The translations under genes were made by a program, and so were the position numbers. 64,000 bases of DNA from Myxococcota bacterium (lineage in GTDB: Bacteria > Myxococcota_A > UBA9160 > UBA6930), in the NCBI GenBank assembly GCA_965223705.1, contig OZ245015.1:480001-544000 (forward strand), written 5' to 3'. This document shows, in pieces, positions 40,994-49,963 of this stretch. The notes under the pieces are model-generated. The model did no database searches. It was given only the letters and a program-made list of their open reading frames with translations, and had not been told where the DNA came from. Numbering within the stretch: position 1 is the stretch's first letter; every line of letters starts with the position of its first letter.

Positions 40994-41884
40994 ATGTCTG
41001 ACGAGGATCTGATCGGGCCGAGCTCGAACTTCTACATTTCGCAGCGCTTGCGCCTCCACTACGTCGATTGGGGCAATGAAGACGCCCCGCTCCTCCTGCT
41101 GATCCACGGCGGGCGCGATCACGCGCGGAGCTGGGACTGGGCCGCCCGCGAGCTGCGCCGCGACTACCACATCGTGGCGCCCGACCTGCGGGGCCACGGC
41201 GATAGCGCTTGGGCGATCGGCGGGAACTACGGCCTGATGGATTTCGTTCTCGACATCACGCGTCTGGTCGAGGCCCTGGGGGCCGCGCAGTTGCGCGTCG
41301 TGGGTCACTCGCTCGGCGGCAATGTCGCGCTGCATTTCGCCGGTCTGTTTCCCGACCGCGTGAGCCATCTGGTCGCGGTCGAGGGCCTCGGTCCGGCGCC
41401 CGAGATCGTCGCCCAGTACACGCAGCAGCCGGCCAAGGAGCGGCTCCTCGAGTGGATCGAGGCGACTCAAGGGCTCGCGGCGCGCCTGCCGCGACGCTAC
41501 GCGAGCATCGATGAAGCCGCCGACCGCATGCAGACCGAGAACAGCTTCCTCTCCCACGAACAAGCGCGCCACTTGACGGTCCACGGGGTCGCGCGCAACG
41601 AAGACGGCACCTTCAGCTGGAAGTTCGACAACTACGTGCGGGTCTTCTCTCCGGCCAGGCTACGGCTCGACGAGACCGAGGCGCTGTGGTCGCAGATCTC
41701 CGCGCCGACCTTGTTGATGCGCGGCACCGAAAGTTGGGCCAGCGACCCCGAAGAAGACGGACGCGCGCGACATTTTCAGAACGCCCGGGTGGCCAACGTC
41801 GATCGCGCGGGGCACTGGATCCACCACGATCAACTCGACACGTTCCTCGACATCGTCCGGCCGTTTCTCCGGAGCGGCGTCTAG
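40994..41884 (+). CDS. Alpha/beta hydrolase
   Basis: [33 protein letters not shown]. Confidence 0.9.
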   Translation: MSDEDLIGPSSNFYISQRLRLHYVDWGNEDAPLLLLIHGGRDHARSWDWAARELRRDYHIVAPDLRGHGDSAWAIGGNYGLMDFVLDITRLVEALGAAQLRVVGHSLGGNVALHFAGLFPDRVSHLVAVEGLGPAPEIVAQYTQQPAKERLLEWIEATQGLAARLPRRYASIDEAADRMQTENSFLSHEQARHLTVHGVARNEDGTFSWKFDNYVRVFSPARLRLDETEALWSQISAPTLLMRGTESWASDPEEDGRARHFQNARVANVDRAGHWIHHDQLDTFLDIVRPFLRSGV

Positions 41885-42381
41885 GGGTAGTAGACGATGT
41901 TCGCGTCCGCGTGAGCGCAGGGCCGCTCCGAGCCATCGATCTCGAACGCCAAGTGAATACGAACCCGGGCGCGGCCTTCGGGCAGGTAGCGAACGCGTTT
42001 CAAGGTGGCCCGCATTCGGACCCGCGCTCCGCACGGAACCGCCGCCCGCAGCCGCAGGCGCTCGACGCCGGGATTGACCAAGAAGCGCGCGTCCATGACA
42101 TCGATGATCTCGTCCATCAGCATCGGAGCGAGGGAGAGGGTGAGGTAACCGTGCGCGATCGTGCCGCCGAACGGAGAATCCGTTCGCGCGCGCTCGGGAT
42201 CGGTGTGAATCCACTGCTCGTCGCCGGTGGCCCGCGCGAACGCATTGATTCTGTCCTGGGTGATCTCGTGCCACGCGGACACCCCGAGCTCTTTGTCGAG
42301 GTACTGCTCGAGGTCCGCGATGTGCAGTCGTAACGTCAGCGTTCGCTCCGTCAACCCGTGCTCACGCTGGCGCGAGCTCAT
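41881..42381 (-). CDS. MaoC-family dehydratase
   Basis: FARATGDEQWIHTDPERA, TIAHGYLTLSL. Confidence 0.9.
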   Translation of the reverse strand: MSSRQREHGLTERTLTLRLHIADLEQYLDKELGVSAWHEITQDRINAFARATGDEQWIHTDPERARTDSPFGGTIAHGYLTLSLAPMLMDEIIDVMDARFLVNPGVERLRLRAAVPCGARVRMRATLKRVRYLPEGRARVRIHLAFEIDGSERPCAHADANIVYYP

Positions 42382-42390
42382 GCCGGGGCG

Positions 42391-44505
42391 CTAGCGGGGG
42401 AAGGCCTCGGGAATGCCGCCGTCGATCGGCAGCGTCGCCCCCGTCGTTGGCGTTTGATAGCTCGCGAAGAAGACGACCGCTCGCCCGACGTGCCTCGCTT
42501 CGATCCGCGTCTTCAGGAGGTTGCGTTCTTGGTAGTACTCGGGCAGCGCGTCAGTCGGGAGTCCTCGCCGCTTGGCGCGTTCGGGGCCGACTTCACTCCA
42601 GAGTCCCGATCGAACGTCGTCGGCGCTGAAAATCGCGTCGGCGTTGATCAGGTTGACCCGGACACCGAGGGGCGCGAGCTCCATCGCCGCGATTTTCGAG
42701 ATTTGGGTCGCAGCGGCCTTGCTCGCGCTGTAGGCGCCGAATTCCTCGCCCGGGGCGAAGACATTCTTCGATGCGTTGACGACCACATGACCGCCCGTGC
42801 CCTGGACGCGGAACACGCGGGCGGCTTCGCGGATGGTGTTCAGAACGCCCAGGTAGTTCACGTCCGCGACGCGCCGAGCGTGCTCTCCCGAAAGGGCTTC
42901 GATGCGCTCGACCAAGGCGACTCCCGCGTTCGGGACGACGAGATCGACCCCGCCGAAGGCGATGCACGCATCCTCGAAACCTCGGCGGACCGACGCGTCG
43001 TCGGTGACGTCCATCGCGATGGCGACGGCGCTGTCGGGCCCCGCCTCGGTGCAGATCGCGTCGGCACATTGTTGCGCGCCGACACCGTCGAGATCGGCGA
43101 CCACGATATGGGCACCGGCCGCCGCGCATTCCGAAGCGATCCCCCGTGCGATGGCCCCCGCGCCGCCGGTGACCAGCGCGACTTGGCCTTCCAGAGGTCG
43201 CGCCGAGCGACCTTGTAGTTTCGCCTGCTCGAGGCTCCAGTATTCCATCTCGAAAAGATCGGCCGGCGCGAGCGACTCGTAGCCGCCCACGGCCTCGGCC
43301 AGAGCCTTCGTTCGGAGGGTGTGTCGCGTGATATCCGACGCGATACGGGCGTCGCGAGCGGAAGTGCCAAAACACAGCGCCCCGGCACCGGGAAGCAGGA
43401 TCACGCGCGGAGCGGAATCGAGCTTCGTTTTTTCAGAAGACGCGCTGCGGGCGTGCTCTTCGAAGTAGTGGTCGTACTCGAGCCGGTAGCTCGCGACGGC
43501 CTCGCGAAGTTGCTTCTCGAGAGCCTCCTCGTCGTCCCAGGCCGGGTCGGCGATGAACAGTGGGAGGGATTTCGTGCGGATCACGTGATCGGGTGTGATA
43601 GGACCGCGGCGCACCAGGGAACGCGCTTCCTCGCTCGCACAAAACGCGAGAACGTCGGGCTCGCCGCACCAGTGGGCGACGACGCGTCGGAAGCCCTGGT
43701 CCGTCTCGACCGGCTCGGCCAACAACCCCCGAAGCCTCGGCGCGGCTGCGGCGACGAGCTCACGCGGCTCGCGAGAAGGTTTCGGGAAACGCTGCGTAAA
43801 GAGCGTCCGCTCGCTCCGGCGGGCAGCCAGGAATTGTTCCACCTCGTCGACGAGGCGGATGTGGTTCTCGTACGAGGTCCTCGCGTCGGGGCCGAAACTG
43901 AACAGGCCGTGCTTTACCAGAACGACACCGATGACGCCTTGTGCGGCGTCCACTGCGTCGGCGACGGCTTTCGCGAGCGGGAAGCCGGGCATGATGTAGG
44001 GCAGGACCGCGACGGAATCGCCGAGCGCTTCCCGTGCAAGCTCGAGGCCATCCGGCTGATCCGTCAGCGCAAGGATCGCGTCCGCGTGACTGTGGTCGAC
44101 GAACGCGTGCGGCAAGAACGCGTGCAGCAGGGTTTCGACCGAAGGGTTGGGCGAGCTCGCGTCGAGGAGATGTGTTCTGAGCTCGTTCACCATGGCCTCG
44201 TCCGATAGCTCGGTGAGGCTTCGCAACTTGCGGAGATACGCGAGATCGAGCCCCGGTAGATCCGCGGGAGCGACCGCGTCGAGCGAGGTCCCGGACCCTT
44301 TCACGAACAGCGCTTCGATTTCTTCGCCGAGGATGTTCCGCGCGACGGTCTTGACCGACGTGTTGCCGCCGCCGTGTAGAACCAGCTCCGGATCGACGCC
44401 GATCAGGCGCGACGTGTAGACGCGAAGGGCCAACGCTTCGCCGTAGGTCTTGCCGTAGCGGTCCACCGCCTCTTGGGCAGCTCCATCGTCCCAACGGCTT
44501 TTCAC
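42391..44505 (-). CDS. Bifunctional class II aldolase / short-chain dehydrogenase
   Basis: HGGGNTSVK, PSVETLLH, HSH, TPDHVIRTK, EYWSLEQAKL; SDR TGGAGAIA, NAG, YSASK; GTG start after GAAGGGA. Confidence 0.92.
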   Translation of the reverse strand: MKSRWDDGAAQEAVDRYGKTYGEALALRVYTSRLIGVDPELVLHGGGNTSVKTVARNILGEEIEALFVKGSGTSLDAVAPADLPGLDLAYLRKLRSLTELSDEAMVNELRTHLLDASSPNPSVETLLHAFLPHAFVDHSHADAILALTDQPDGLELAREALGDSVAVLPYIMPGFPLAKAVADAVDAAQGVIGVVLVKHGLFSFGPDARTSYENHIRLVDEVEQFLAARRSERTLFTQRFPKPSREPRELVAAAAPRLRGLLAEPVETDQGFRRVVAHWCGEPDVLAFCASEEARSLVRRGPITPDHVIRTKSLPLFIADPAWDDEEALEKQLREAVASYRLEYDHYFEEHARSASSEKTKLDSAPRVILLPGAGALCFGTSARDARIASDITRHTLRTKALAEAVGGYESLAPADLFEMEYWSLEQAKLQGRSARPLEGQVALVTGGAGAIARGIASECAAAGAHIVVADLDGVGAQQCADAICTEAGPDSAVAIAMDVTDDASVRRGFEDACIAFGGVDLVVPNAGVALVERIEALSGEHARRVADVNYLGVLNTIREAARVFRVQGTGGHVVVNASKNVFAPGEEFGAYSASKAAATQISKIAAMELAPLGVRVNLINADAIFSADDVRSGLWSEVGPERAKRRGLPTDALPEYYQERNLLKTRIEARHVGRAVVFFASYQTPTTGATLPIDGGIPEAFPR

Positions 44506-44562
44506 GTCGCTTTCCCTTCTTCGATTCGACGGTCCTGCAACCCGAGTATACCCTCCACAAGA

Positions 44563-45396
44563 ATGAGGATTCGGCTCGGCCTCCACTACGACGTCCGCGA
44601 ACCGGCGGGGAGTCCCGAGTCGGTGTCGAAGCTCCACCGCGATCTGCTTCGGCACGTGACGGAGCTCGAGGAACACGATCTCGACATCGCTTGGTTGGCC
44701 GAGCATCCGGCGGACCCCGATGCGGCGATCCCGTCAGCGCTCATGTTGTGCGCCGCGATCGGCCCGGCGACGAAACGGCTGCGTTTTGGTACCGGGGTTT
44801 TGCCGCTTCCGCTCTATCACCCGCTGCGCGTCGCCGAAGATGCGGCGACGATCGACGGCATCGCAGAAGGTCGCTTCGAGCTCGGGGTCGGACTCGGCGG
44901 CGAGCGCGAGGGGTTCCAGGGGTTCGGGATCGAAGCCAGGGAGCGCAGCACGCGACTCGAAGAGTCGATTACTTTGCTGCGCCAGGCCTGGTCGAGCGAA
45001 CCTGTCCAGTTCGCGGGCAGCCATTTCGATATCGAGGACATTTCCGTCGTGCCGAAACCCGTCCAACCCGGCGGCCCTCCGCTCTGGGTGGGGGCGGTGG
45101 CGCGGGAAGCGCAACGCCGCGCGGCTCGGTTCGGGGCCGGGCTTTTCCTCCCCGAGAGCGCTTCGACCGACGCCTACACCGAGGCGTGGTCGGAGACAGG
45201 ACAAGCGAAAGGGCAGGCGCGGATCGCATTCCTGCTGGAGGGCGGCGGCGAATCGGTGGCGGTCGAACGGCTGCGGGGGCTCGGCGACTGCGTCGGCGCG
45301 GTCGATGTGGTGACGCCTGCCTATCGCGACGGCGCTCTGCTCGGGCCCGCCGAACTCGACGCGTTCGCAACGCAGTGGCGGAACGCGCTCCGCTAA
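44563..45396 (+). CDS. LLM-class flavin-dependent oxidoreductase (short)
   Basis: WLAEH, LPLYHPLRVAEDAATID, GRFELGVG, PKPVQ.GGPPLWVG. Confidence 0.85.
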   Translation: MRIRLGLHYDVREPAGSPESVSKLHRDLLRHVTELEEHDLDIAWLAEHPADPDAAIPSALMLCAAIGPATKRLRFGTGVLPLPLYHPLRVAEDAATIDGIAEGRFELGVGLGGEREGFQGFGIEARERSTRLEESITLLRQAWSSEPVQFAGSHFDIEDISVVPKPVQPGGPPLWVGAVAREAQRRAARFGAGLFLPESASTDAYTEAWSETGQAKGQARIAFLLEGGGESVAVERLRGLGDCVGAVDVVTPAYRDGALLGPAELDAFATQWRNALR

Positions 45397-45403
45397 CCCG
45401 GCA

Positions 45404-46828
45404 CTAGCCCGACGCGAGACTCGCGTTGTCTTCTTCGCCGCTGATGGCCTTCTTGAACGCATTGAGCAGCGCGCGGCGAACCGTGGCCTGGTCCGCGCGG
45501 CCATACACTTTGCGGAACGCCGCTTGAGGGACGATGCCTTTGGCCATCGAGCGGTGACCGCCTCCCACGCCGAGCCCCTCGACCACGGCGCGTACGACTT
45601 CCCCCGCCGCTCGCACGTAGCCGACGTTGCGCACGGAGAAGACCAGATCCGACCCCACGACTCCGACCGCGACGGCCCATTCGGCGCCTTCCGCCTGAAG
45701 CCCGAGCTCTGCGACCTGGGGAATCACGTCCTCGCGGACGCGGCCGAGAACCAAGAGGTGGATGCCTTCCTCGACCTTCGTCCGGGAGAGGGCTCGGCCG
45801 AGTGCGCGAAGCCCGGCTTCCGGCAGAGCGGGTCTCTCGATGCGGCGCAGCAGGGCGGGGCTGTAGCAGGAATGGAGGTAGGCGAACGCCTCCATATCGG
45901 CAGCGCTCGTGTCGCGACCCAGGAGCTGCGTGTCGCTCTTCACGCCGTAGAGGAGTGCTGTCGCGAGCTTCTGCCGCATTTCGACACCGGCGGCGCGCAT
46001 GTATTCGGTCAAGATCGTCGCCGTCGCTCCGTAGCTCGTGCGAATGTCTTTGATGACCGTGTCATAGCCGGGACGTTCGGGGTGATGGTCGATCACGACG
46101 TCGACCGACAGCACCCGAGCGGGGGGGCTCTCGCCGAAAACCGTGGGCTGCACGTCGACCAACGCCAGGCCGTCGAACTCGTCGAGTTCGTCCGGAGTGA
46201 TCGTCCGCACTTCGATCCCCAGGGCTTCCACCATCGCCCGGTTTTCGGGTCGCTGTACTTCGCCAAACGACACCAGGGGCGCGGTGGGCGCTTTGCGTCC
46301 CAAGATGGCGCGCAGCCCGAACCCACAGGCGATTCCGTCCGGATCCGGATCGGGCTGGAGCAGGATCCCGATCTTTTCGCGACTGCCGAGCAACTGCCGA
46401 AGCTCGACGACACGGCGCAAATTCGTGACGTGGTGGAACTCGTGATGGACGTCGTCGCGGACCTGCGTGCGAAGCCCGGTGAGTCGCAGGCAAGGATGAT
46501 CCGGCAACTCATCGCGGGGCGCGCGATCGGACATCACCAGCACGGAGCAATCGTTCGCCGCACCGATTGCCGACACGGCGGCGCGAATGAACGGGAGCTC
46601 TTCCGAAACCACCGCGAAGATGTCGGTGGATTTCGTCTCGAGCTTCTCGATCGCGTCTTGCGAGAGCCCGCCGGGCAGCGCACGGAACCCCGGAGGTCTC
46701 GCGCGCGATTCGTCCTCGCGCGGGACCCAGAGGAGTTCTTCGGATTCGTCGGAACCGATGCGCGCCCAGAAGCGCGCGAGCTCGGCTCCGTCGCAGAGTA
46801 CGAATCGTCGACTGGTATCGGTCGGCAG
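45404..46828 (-). CDS. DHH-family phosphoesterase with N-terminal extension (start possibly CTG 46828; first GTG at 46612)
   Basis: PDPDGIA, VD, IDHH, GATATIL, GVKSDT, SVR, GGGH DHHA1 motifs; frame stays open and protein-like 72 codons upstream of 46612. Confidence 0.8.
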   Translation of the reverse strand: MPTDTSRRFVLCDGAELARFWARIGSDESEELLWVPREDESRARPPGFRALPGGLSQDAIEKLETKSTDIFAVVSEELPFIRAAVSAIGAANDCSVLVMSDRAPRDELPDHPCLRLTGLRTQVRDDVHHEFHHVTNLRRVVELRQLLGSREKIGILLQPDPDPDGIACGFGLRAILGRKAPTAPLVSFGEVQRPENRAMVEALGIEVRTITPDELDEFDGLALVDVQPTVFGESPPARVLSVDVVIDHHPERPGYDTVIKDIRTSYGATATILTEYMRAAGVEMRQKLATALLYGVKSDTQLLGRDTSAADMEAFAYLHSCYSPALLRRIERPALPEAGLRALGRALSRTKVEEGIHLLVLGRVREDVIPQVAELGLQAEGAEWAVAVGVVGSDLVFSVRNVGYVRAAGEVVRAVVEGLGVGGGHRSMAKGIVPQAAFRKVYGRADQATVRRALLNAFKKAISGEEDNASLASG

Positions 46829-46941
46829 AAGGCCCCCGTTTCGCCGCGGTGGTCGGACCGAGGGAGCTTAGCGGAACGGGGGCCTCTGCCGCGCTCTCGG
46901 ATTCCCCCCTGGGAGATGAATAAGCCGCTACACATCGACAC

Positions 46942-47781
46942 GTGCAACCGGTGTTTATCGGAGATGTCCAGGGGTGTGCGGCCGAGCTCGACGCTCTGCT
47001 GGCTCGAGCCAAACAGAGTTTCGGGAAGAAGTGCGCGTTCTGGTTCGTCGGCGATCTCGTGAACCGCGGGCCCGACAACATCGGGGTGCTCGCGCGGGTG
47101 AGGGAACTCCACGAAGCGGGGCGCGCCCACTGCGTGCTGGGAAACCACGACCTGCACTTTTTGGCCGCCTACTGGGGGCTGCGCGGGCTCGGGCCCACCG
47201 ACACGATCGGAGATTTGCTCGACCGCGCCGACGCATCCGAATGGGTCGACTGGCTGCGCCGGCTCCCCGTAGCGATCCTCGGGAAGCTGTCGAAGCGCCC
47301 CTTTGTTCTGGTCCACGCCGGGGTTCATCCCGACTGGGGCGTCGCGGAGATCCGGAATCGCGCCCGGCGCATCGGCGCCAAGCTCGCCGGAGACGAAACC
47401 CAGGCTCGTACATTTCTCGCACGTACCGCCTCGCCCGGGTCGCTACGGGACGATCTCGCCCGTATGACGAACGCGCGCGCGGTCGACGGGGATGCCTGGA
47501 CCAAAGGGGAGCCCGTTTCGAAGCAGCAGCCCTGGCATCAGCCATGGCGCAAGGCAAAGCACGACTACGCCATCGTCTACGGGCACTGGGCGACCCAGGG
47601 TCTGCATGTTAAAAAAGGCCTCAGAGGGCTCGATACGGGGTGCGTTCACCACGGCCGTAGTGGTGATCGCGCGCTCACGGCTTGGTTGCCCGATCTGGCC
47701 CGCTCTGATCCGTTCGCCCTTCCGGACGAGGGTTTTTGGCGCGAGCGCGCGCATCGGCGATACCTCCCGTCGACGCTCTAG
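46942..47781 (+). CDS. apaH: Symmetrical bis(5'-nucleosyl)-tetraphosphatase-like metallophosphoesterase
   Basis: IGDVQGC, GDLVNRGP, LGNHDLH, VHAG, YGHWA, LDTGCV. Confidence 0.88.
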   Translation: MQPVFIGDVQGCAAELDALLARAKQSFGKKCAFWFVGDLVNRGPDNIGVLARVRELHEAGRAHCVLGNHDLHFLAAYWGLRGLGPTDTIGDLLDRADASEWVDWLRRLPVAILGKLSKRPFVLVHAGVHPDWGVAEIRNRARRIGAKLAGDETQARTFLARTASPGSLRDDLARMTNARAVDGDAWTKGEPVSKQQPWHQPWRKAKHDYAIVYGHWATQGLHVKKGLRGLDTGCVHHGRSGDRALTAWLPDLARSDPFALPDEGFWRERAHRRYLPSTL

Positions 47782-47829
47782 CGTTTTACGTTCTCCGTTT
47801 GTCCGGCAAGCCGCGCTACAATGCCCCGG

Positions 47830-48102
47830 ATGCCCCGCGTGGTTATTCCGCCGCCCTATCGAGGCCCGACCGGCGGCCTCGCTGAAGTCCAAGTCGAAGG
47901 TGAATCCGTCGGAGCTTGCCTCCGGGCGGCGGCGGAAGCCCACCCGGGGCTCGGGGAGCTGATGCTTGACGGAGGGGGCGCGATCCATCATTTCGTCAAC
48001 GTGTTTTTGAACGGTGACAAGCTCGCGAAGGGCACCGCGCTGGATACGCCGGTGGGCCCGGACGACGCCGTAGAAGTGATTTCCGCCATCGCCGGCGGTT
48101 AG
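47830..48102 (+). CDS. moaD: MoaD/ThiS-family sulfur carrier
   Basis: Beta-grasp pattern, VNVFLNG, C-terminal IAGG; ATG at 47821 or 47830. Confidence 0.85.
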   Translation: MPRVVIPPPYRGPTGGLAEVQVEGESVGACLRAAAEAHPGLGELMLDGGGAIHHFVNVFLNGDKLAKGTALDTPVGPDDAVEVISAIAGG

Positions 48103-48136
48103 GGAACCAGTTGGGCAACCAGGAGGGGAGTTTACG

Positions 48137-49855
48137 ATGAGTGGCGACCGGATGATCTATGTCGATATGACCGAGCAAAAGGCCTGGACGGAGGACTTCC
48201 CGAAAGAATGGGAGCTTCTGGGTGGCCGCGGACTCTCGGCCAAGATTCTGTTGAAAGAGTGCGACCCGACCTGCGATCCGCTCGGTCCGGACAACGTGCT
48301 CGTCATGGCGCCGGGCGTTCTCGGTGGCAGCGCCGCGCCGACTTCCGGACGGATCTCGATCGGTGGCAAGAGTCCTCTCACGGGTGGGATCAAAGAAGCG
48401 AACACCGGCGGTCAACCCGGTCAGCATCTGATGAAACTCGGCTACCGCGCGATCGTGGTGAAGGGACAACCGTCGGATCCGAATGCCCGGTACGCCCTCG
48501 AGGTGACGACGGACGGACTCGCGGTCGTTCCCGCCGACGAGTTCAAGGGTATGTGGAACTACGCGCTGTGCGAGGAGCTGCACGGGCGCTACCCGAAGAC
48601 CGCGTCGTTCATCAGCTGTGGGCCCGCGGGCGAGTTGCGCCTCAAAGGCGCCTCCGTCGCGACCACCGATCAGGACAATCGGTTCCCGGCGCGCCACGCG
48701 GCGCGCGGTGGTCTCGGCGCCGTGATGGGCAGCAAGGGCCTCAAGTACGTCGCGATCGACCCCGGCAAAGCGAGCACCCGGCAGCCGGCGGATCGGAAGC
48801 AGTTCGGAGAGCTGTGCAAGAGCTACTCGAAGGAATATTTGAGCGGCGAATTGATGTTCAAGTTCGGAACCAGCGCCGTGGTACCGGTCGCGAACATGCT
48901 GCACACGTTCCCGTACAAGAACCGCACGTCGGGCCAGTCCCCGGATGTCGAGACCTTGGACGGAAAGAACATCGTCGCGACGTTCGAAGAACGCGGCGGC
49001 GGCATGCACAACTGCCTGACGGGCTGCATCGTGAAGTGCAGCAACATCGTCCACGACTCGGAGGGCAAGTACAAGACGTCGGCGCTCGAGTTTGAGACGC
49101 TGACGTTGCTCGGCGCGAACTGCGCCGTCTCCGATTGGGAAGACGTCGCGGATCTCGACCGTCTGTGCGACGAGATCGGCCTCGACACCGTCGAGACGGG
49201 TGCCGCGATCGCGGTCTACATGGACGCCGGCAAGCTCGAGTGGGGCGACGCAGCGGGCATGAAGAACCTGATGAAGGAAATCGCGGAAGGCACCGAGGTC
49301 GGTTGCGCGATCGGAAACGGAGCAGCCGCGACGGGCGCCTACTGCGGTCACGCGCGTGTCCCGACGGGTAAGGGGCAAGCTCTCCCGGCTTGGGATCCCC
49401 GTCCGCTGAAGGCGACGGGAGTGACGTACTGCACGAGTGCGATGGGCGCCGATCACACCGCCGGTCTGATCATCAACCCGGGTCTCAAGCCCGATCAATA
49501 CGCTTGGGAATCGCAGAAAGTGCAGATCGTGAACGCGGTTTGTGACACGTCCGGGTTCTGTCAGTTCCTGCAGCCGAACATGGACGACATCCGGGGCTTC
49601 TTCGGGGCGATGATTGGCCGCGAAGTGAGCCGCGAAGAGATCGCCGACCTCGGTTGGCAGGTGCTCTCGGACGAGTGGGCGTTCAATGACGCGGCGGGCT
49701 TTACCGTCGCCGACGATATCCTCGCTCCTTGTTTGTCCGAGGACGCGATCGGCGCAGAGCCCACGGTGTTCGATGTCCCGCAAGACATCATCCAGGCGGC
49801 GAAGAAGCGCATGCCGAATCAGGACGATCTGTTTACGGCTCGCGCCGCCGGCTAG
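48137..49855 (+). CDS. aor: Second aldehyde:ferredoxin oxidoreductase family protein (tungsten-type)
   Basis: LGGRGL, GKSPLTGGIKEAN, GPAGE, ARGGLGAVMGSKGLK, CLTGCIVKC, EFET, CDEIGLDT, WDPR, MGADHT, GFCQF; AGGAGG RBS. Confidence 0.92.
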   Translation: MSGDRMIYVDMTEQKAWTEDFPKEWELLGGRGLSAKILLKECDPTCDPLGPDNVLVMAPGVLGGSAAPTSGRISIGGKSPLTGGIKEANTGGQPGQHLMKLGYRAIVVKGQPSDPNARYALEVTTDGLAVVPADEFKGMWNYALCEELHGRYPKTASFISCGPAGELRLKGASVATTDQDNRFPARHAARGGLGAVMGSKGLKYVAIDPGKASTRQPADRKQFGELCKSYSKEYLSGELMFKFGTSAVVPVANMLHTFPYKNRTSGQSPDVETLDGKNIVATFEERGGGMHNCLTGCIVKCSNIVHDSEGKYKTSALEFETLTLLGANCAVSDWEDVADLDRLCDEIGLDTVETGAAIAVYMDAGKLEWGDAAGMKNLMKEIAEGTEVGCAIGNGAAATGAYCGHARVPTGKGQALPAWDPRPLKATGVTYCTSAMGADHTAGLIINPGLKPDQYAWESQKVQIVNAVCDTSGFCQFLQPNMDDIRGFFGAMIGREVSREEIADLGWQVLSDEWAFNDAAGFTVADDILAPCLSEDAIGAEPTVFDVPQDIIQAAKKRMPNQDDLFTARAAG

Positions 49856-49871
49856 TCGCGAAGCTCGCCGA

Positions 49872-49897
49872 GGGTGGCCTGCAAGTGCAGGCCACCC
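49872..49897. other. Perfect 11-bp stem-loop between aor and moeA (no U-tract)
   Basis: gggtggcctgc-aagt-gcaggccaccc. Confidence 0.6.
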
Positions 49898-49963
49898 CTC
49901 GCGCAGGCGGTTCGCCGCACGGAGCGGGTCGCCGGATAGACGGATAGGATAGACGGGCAAAGA

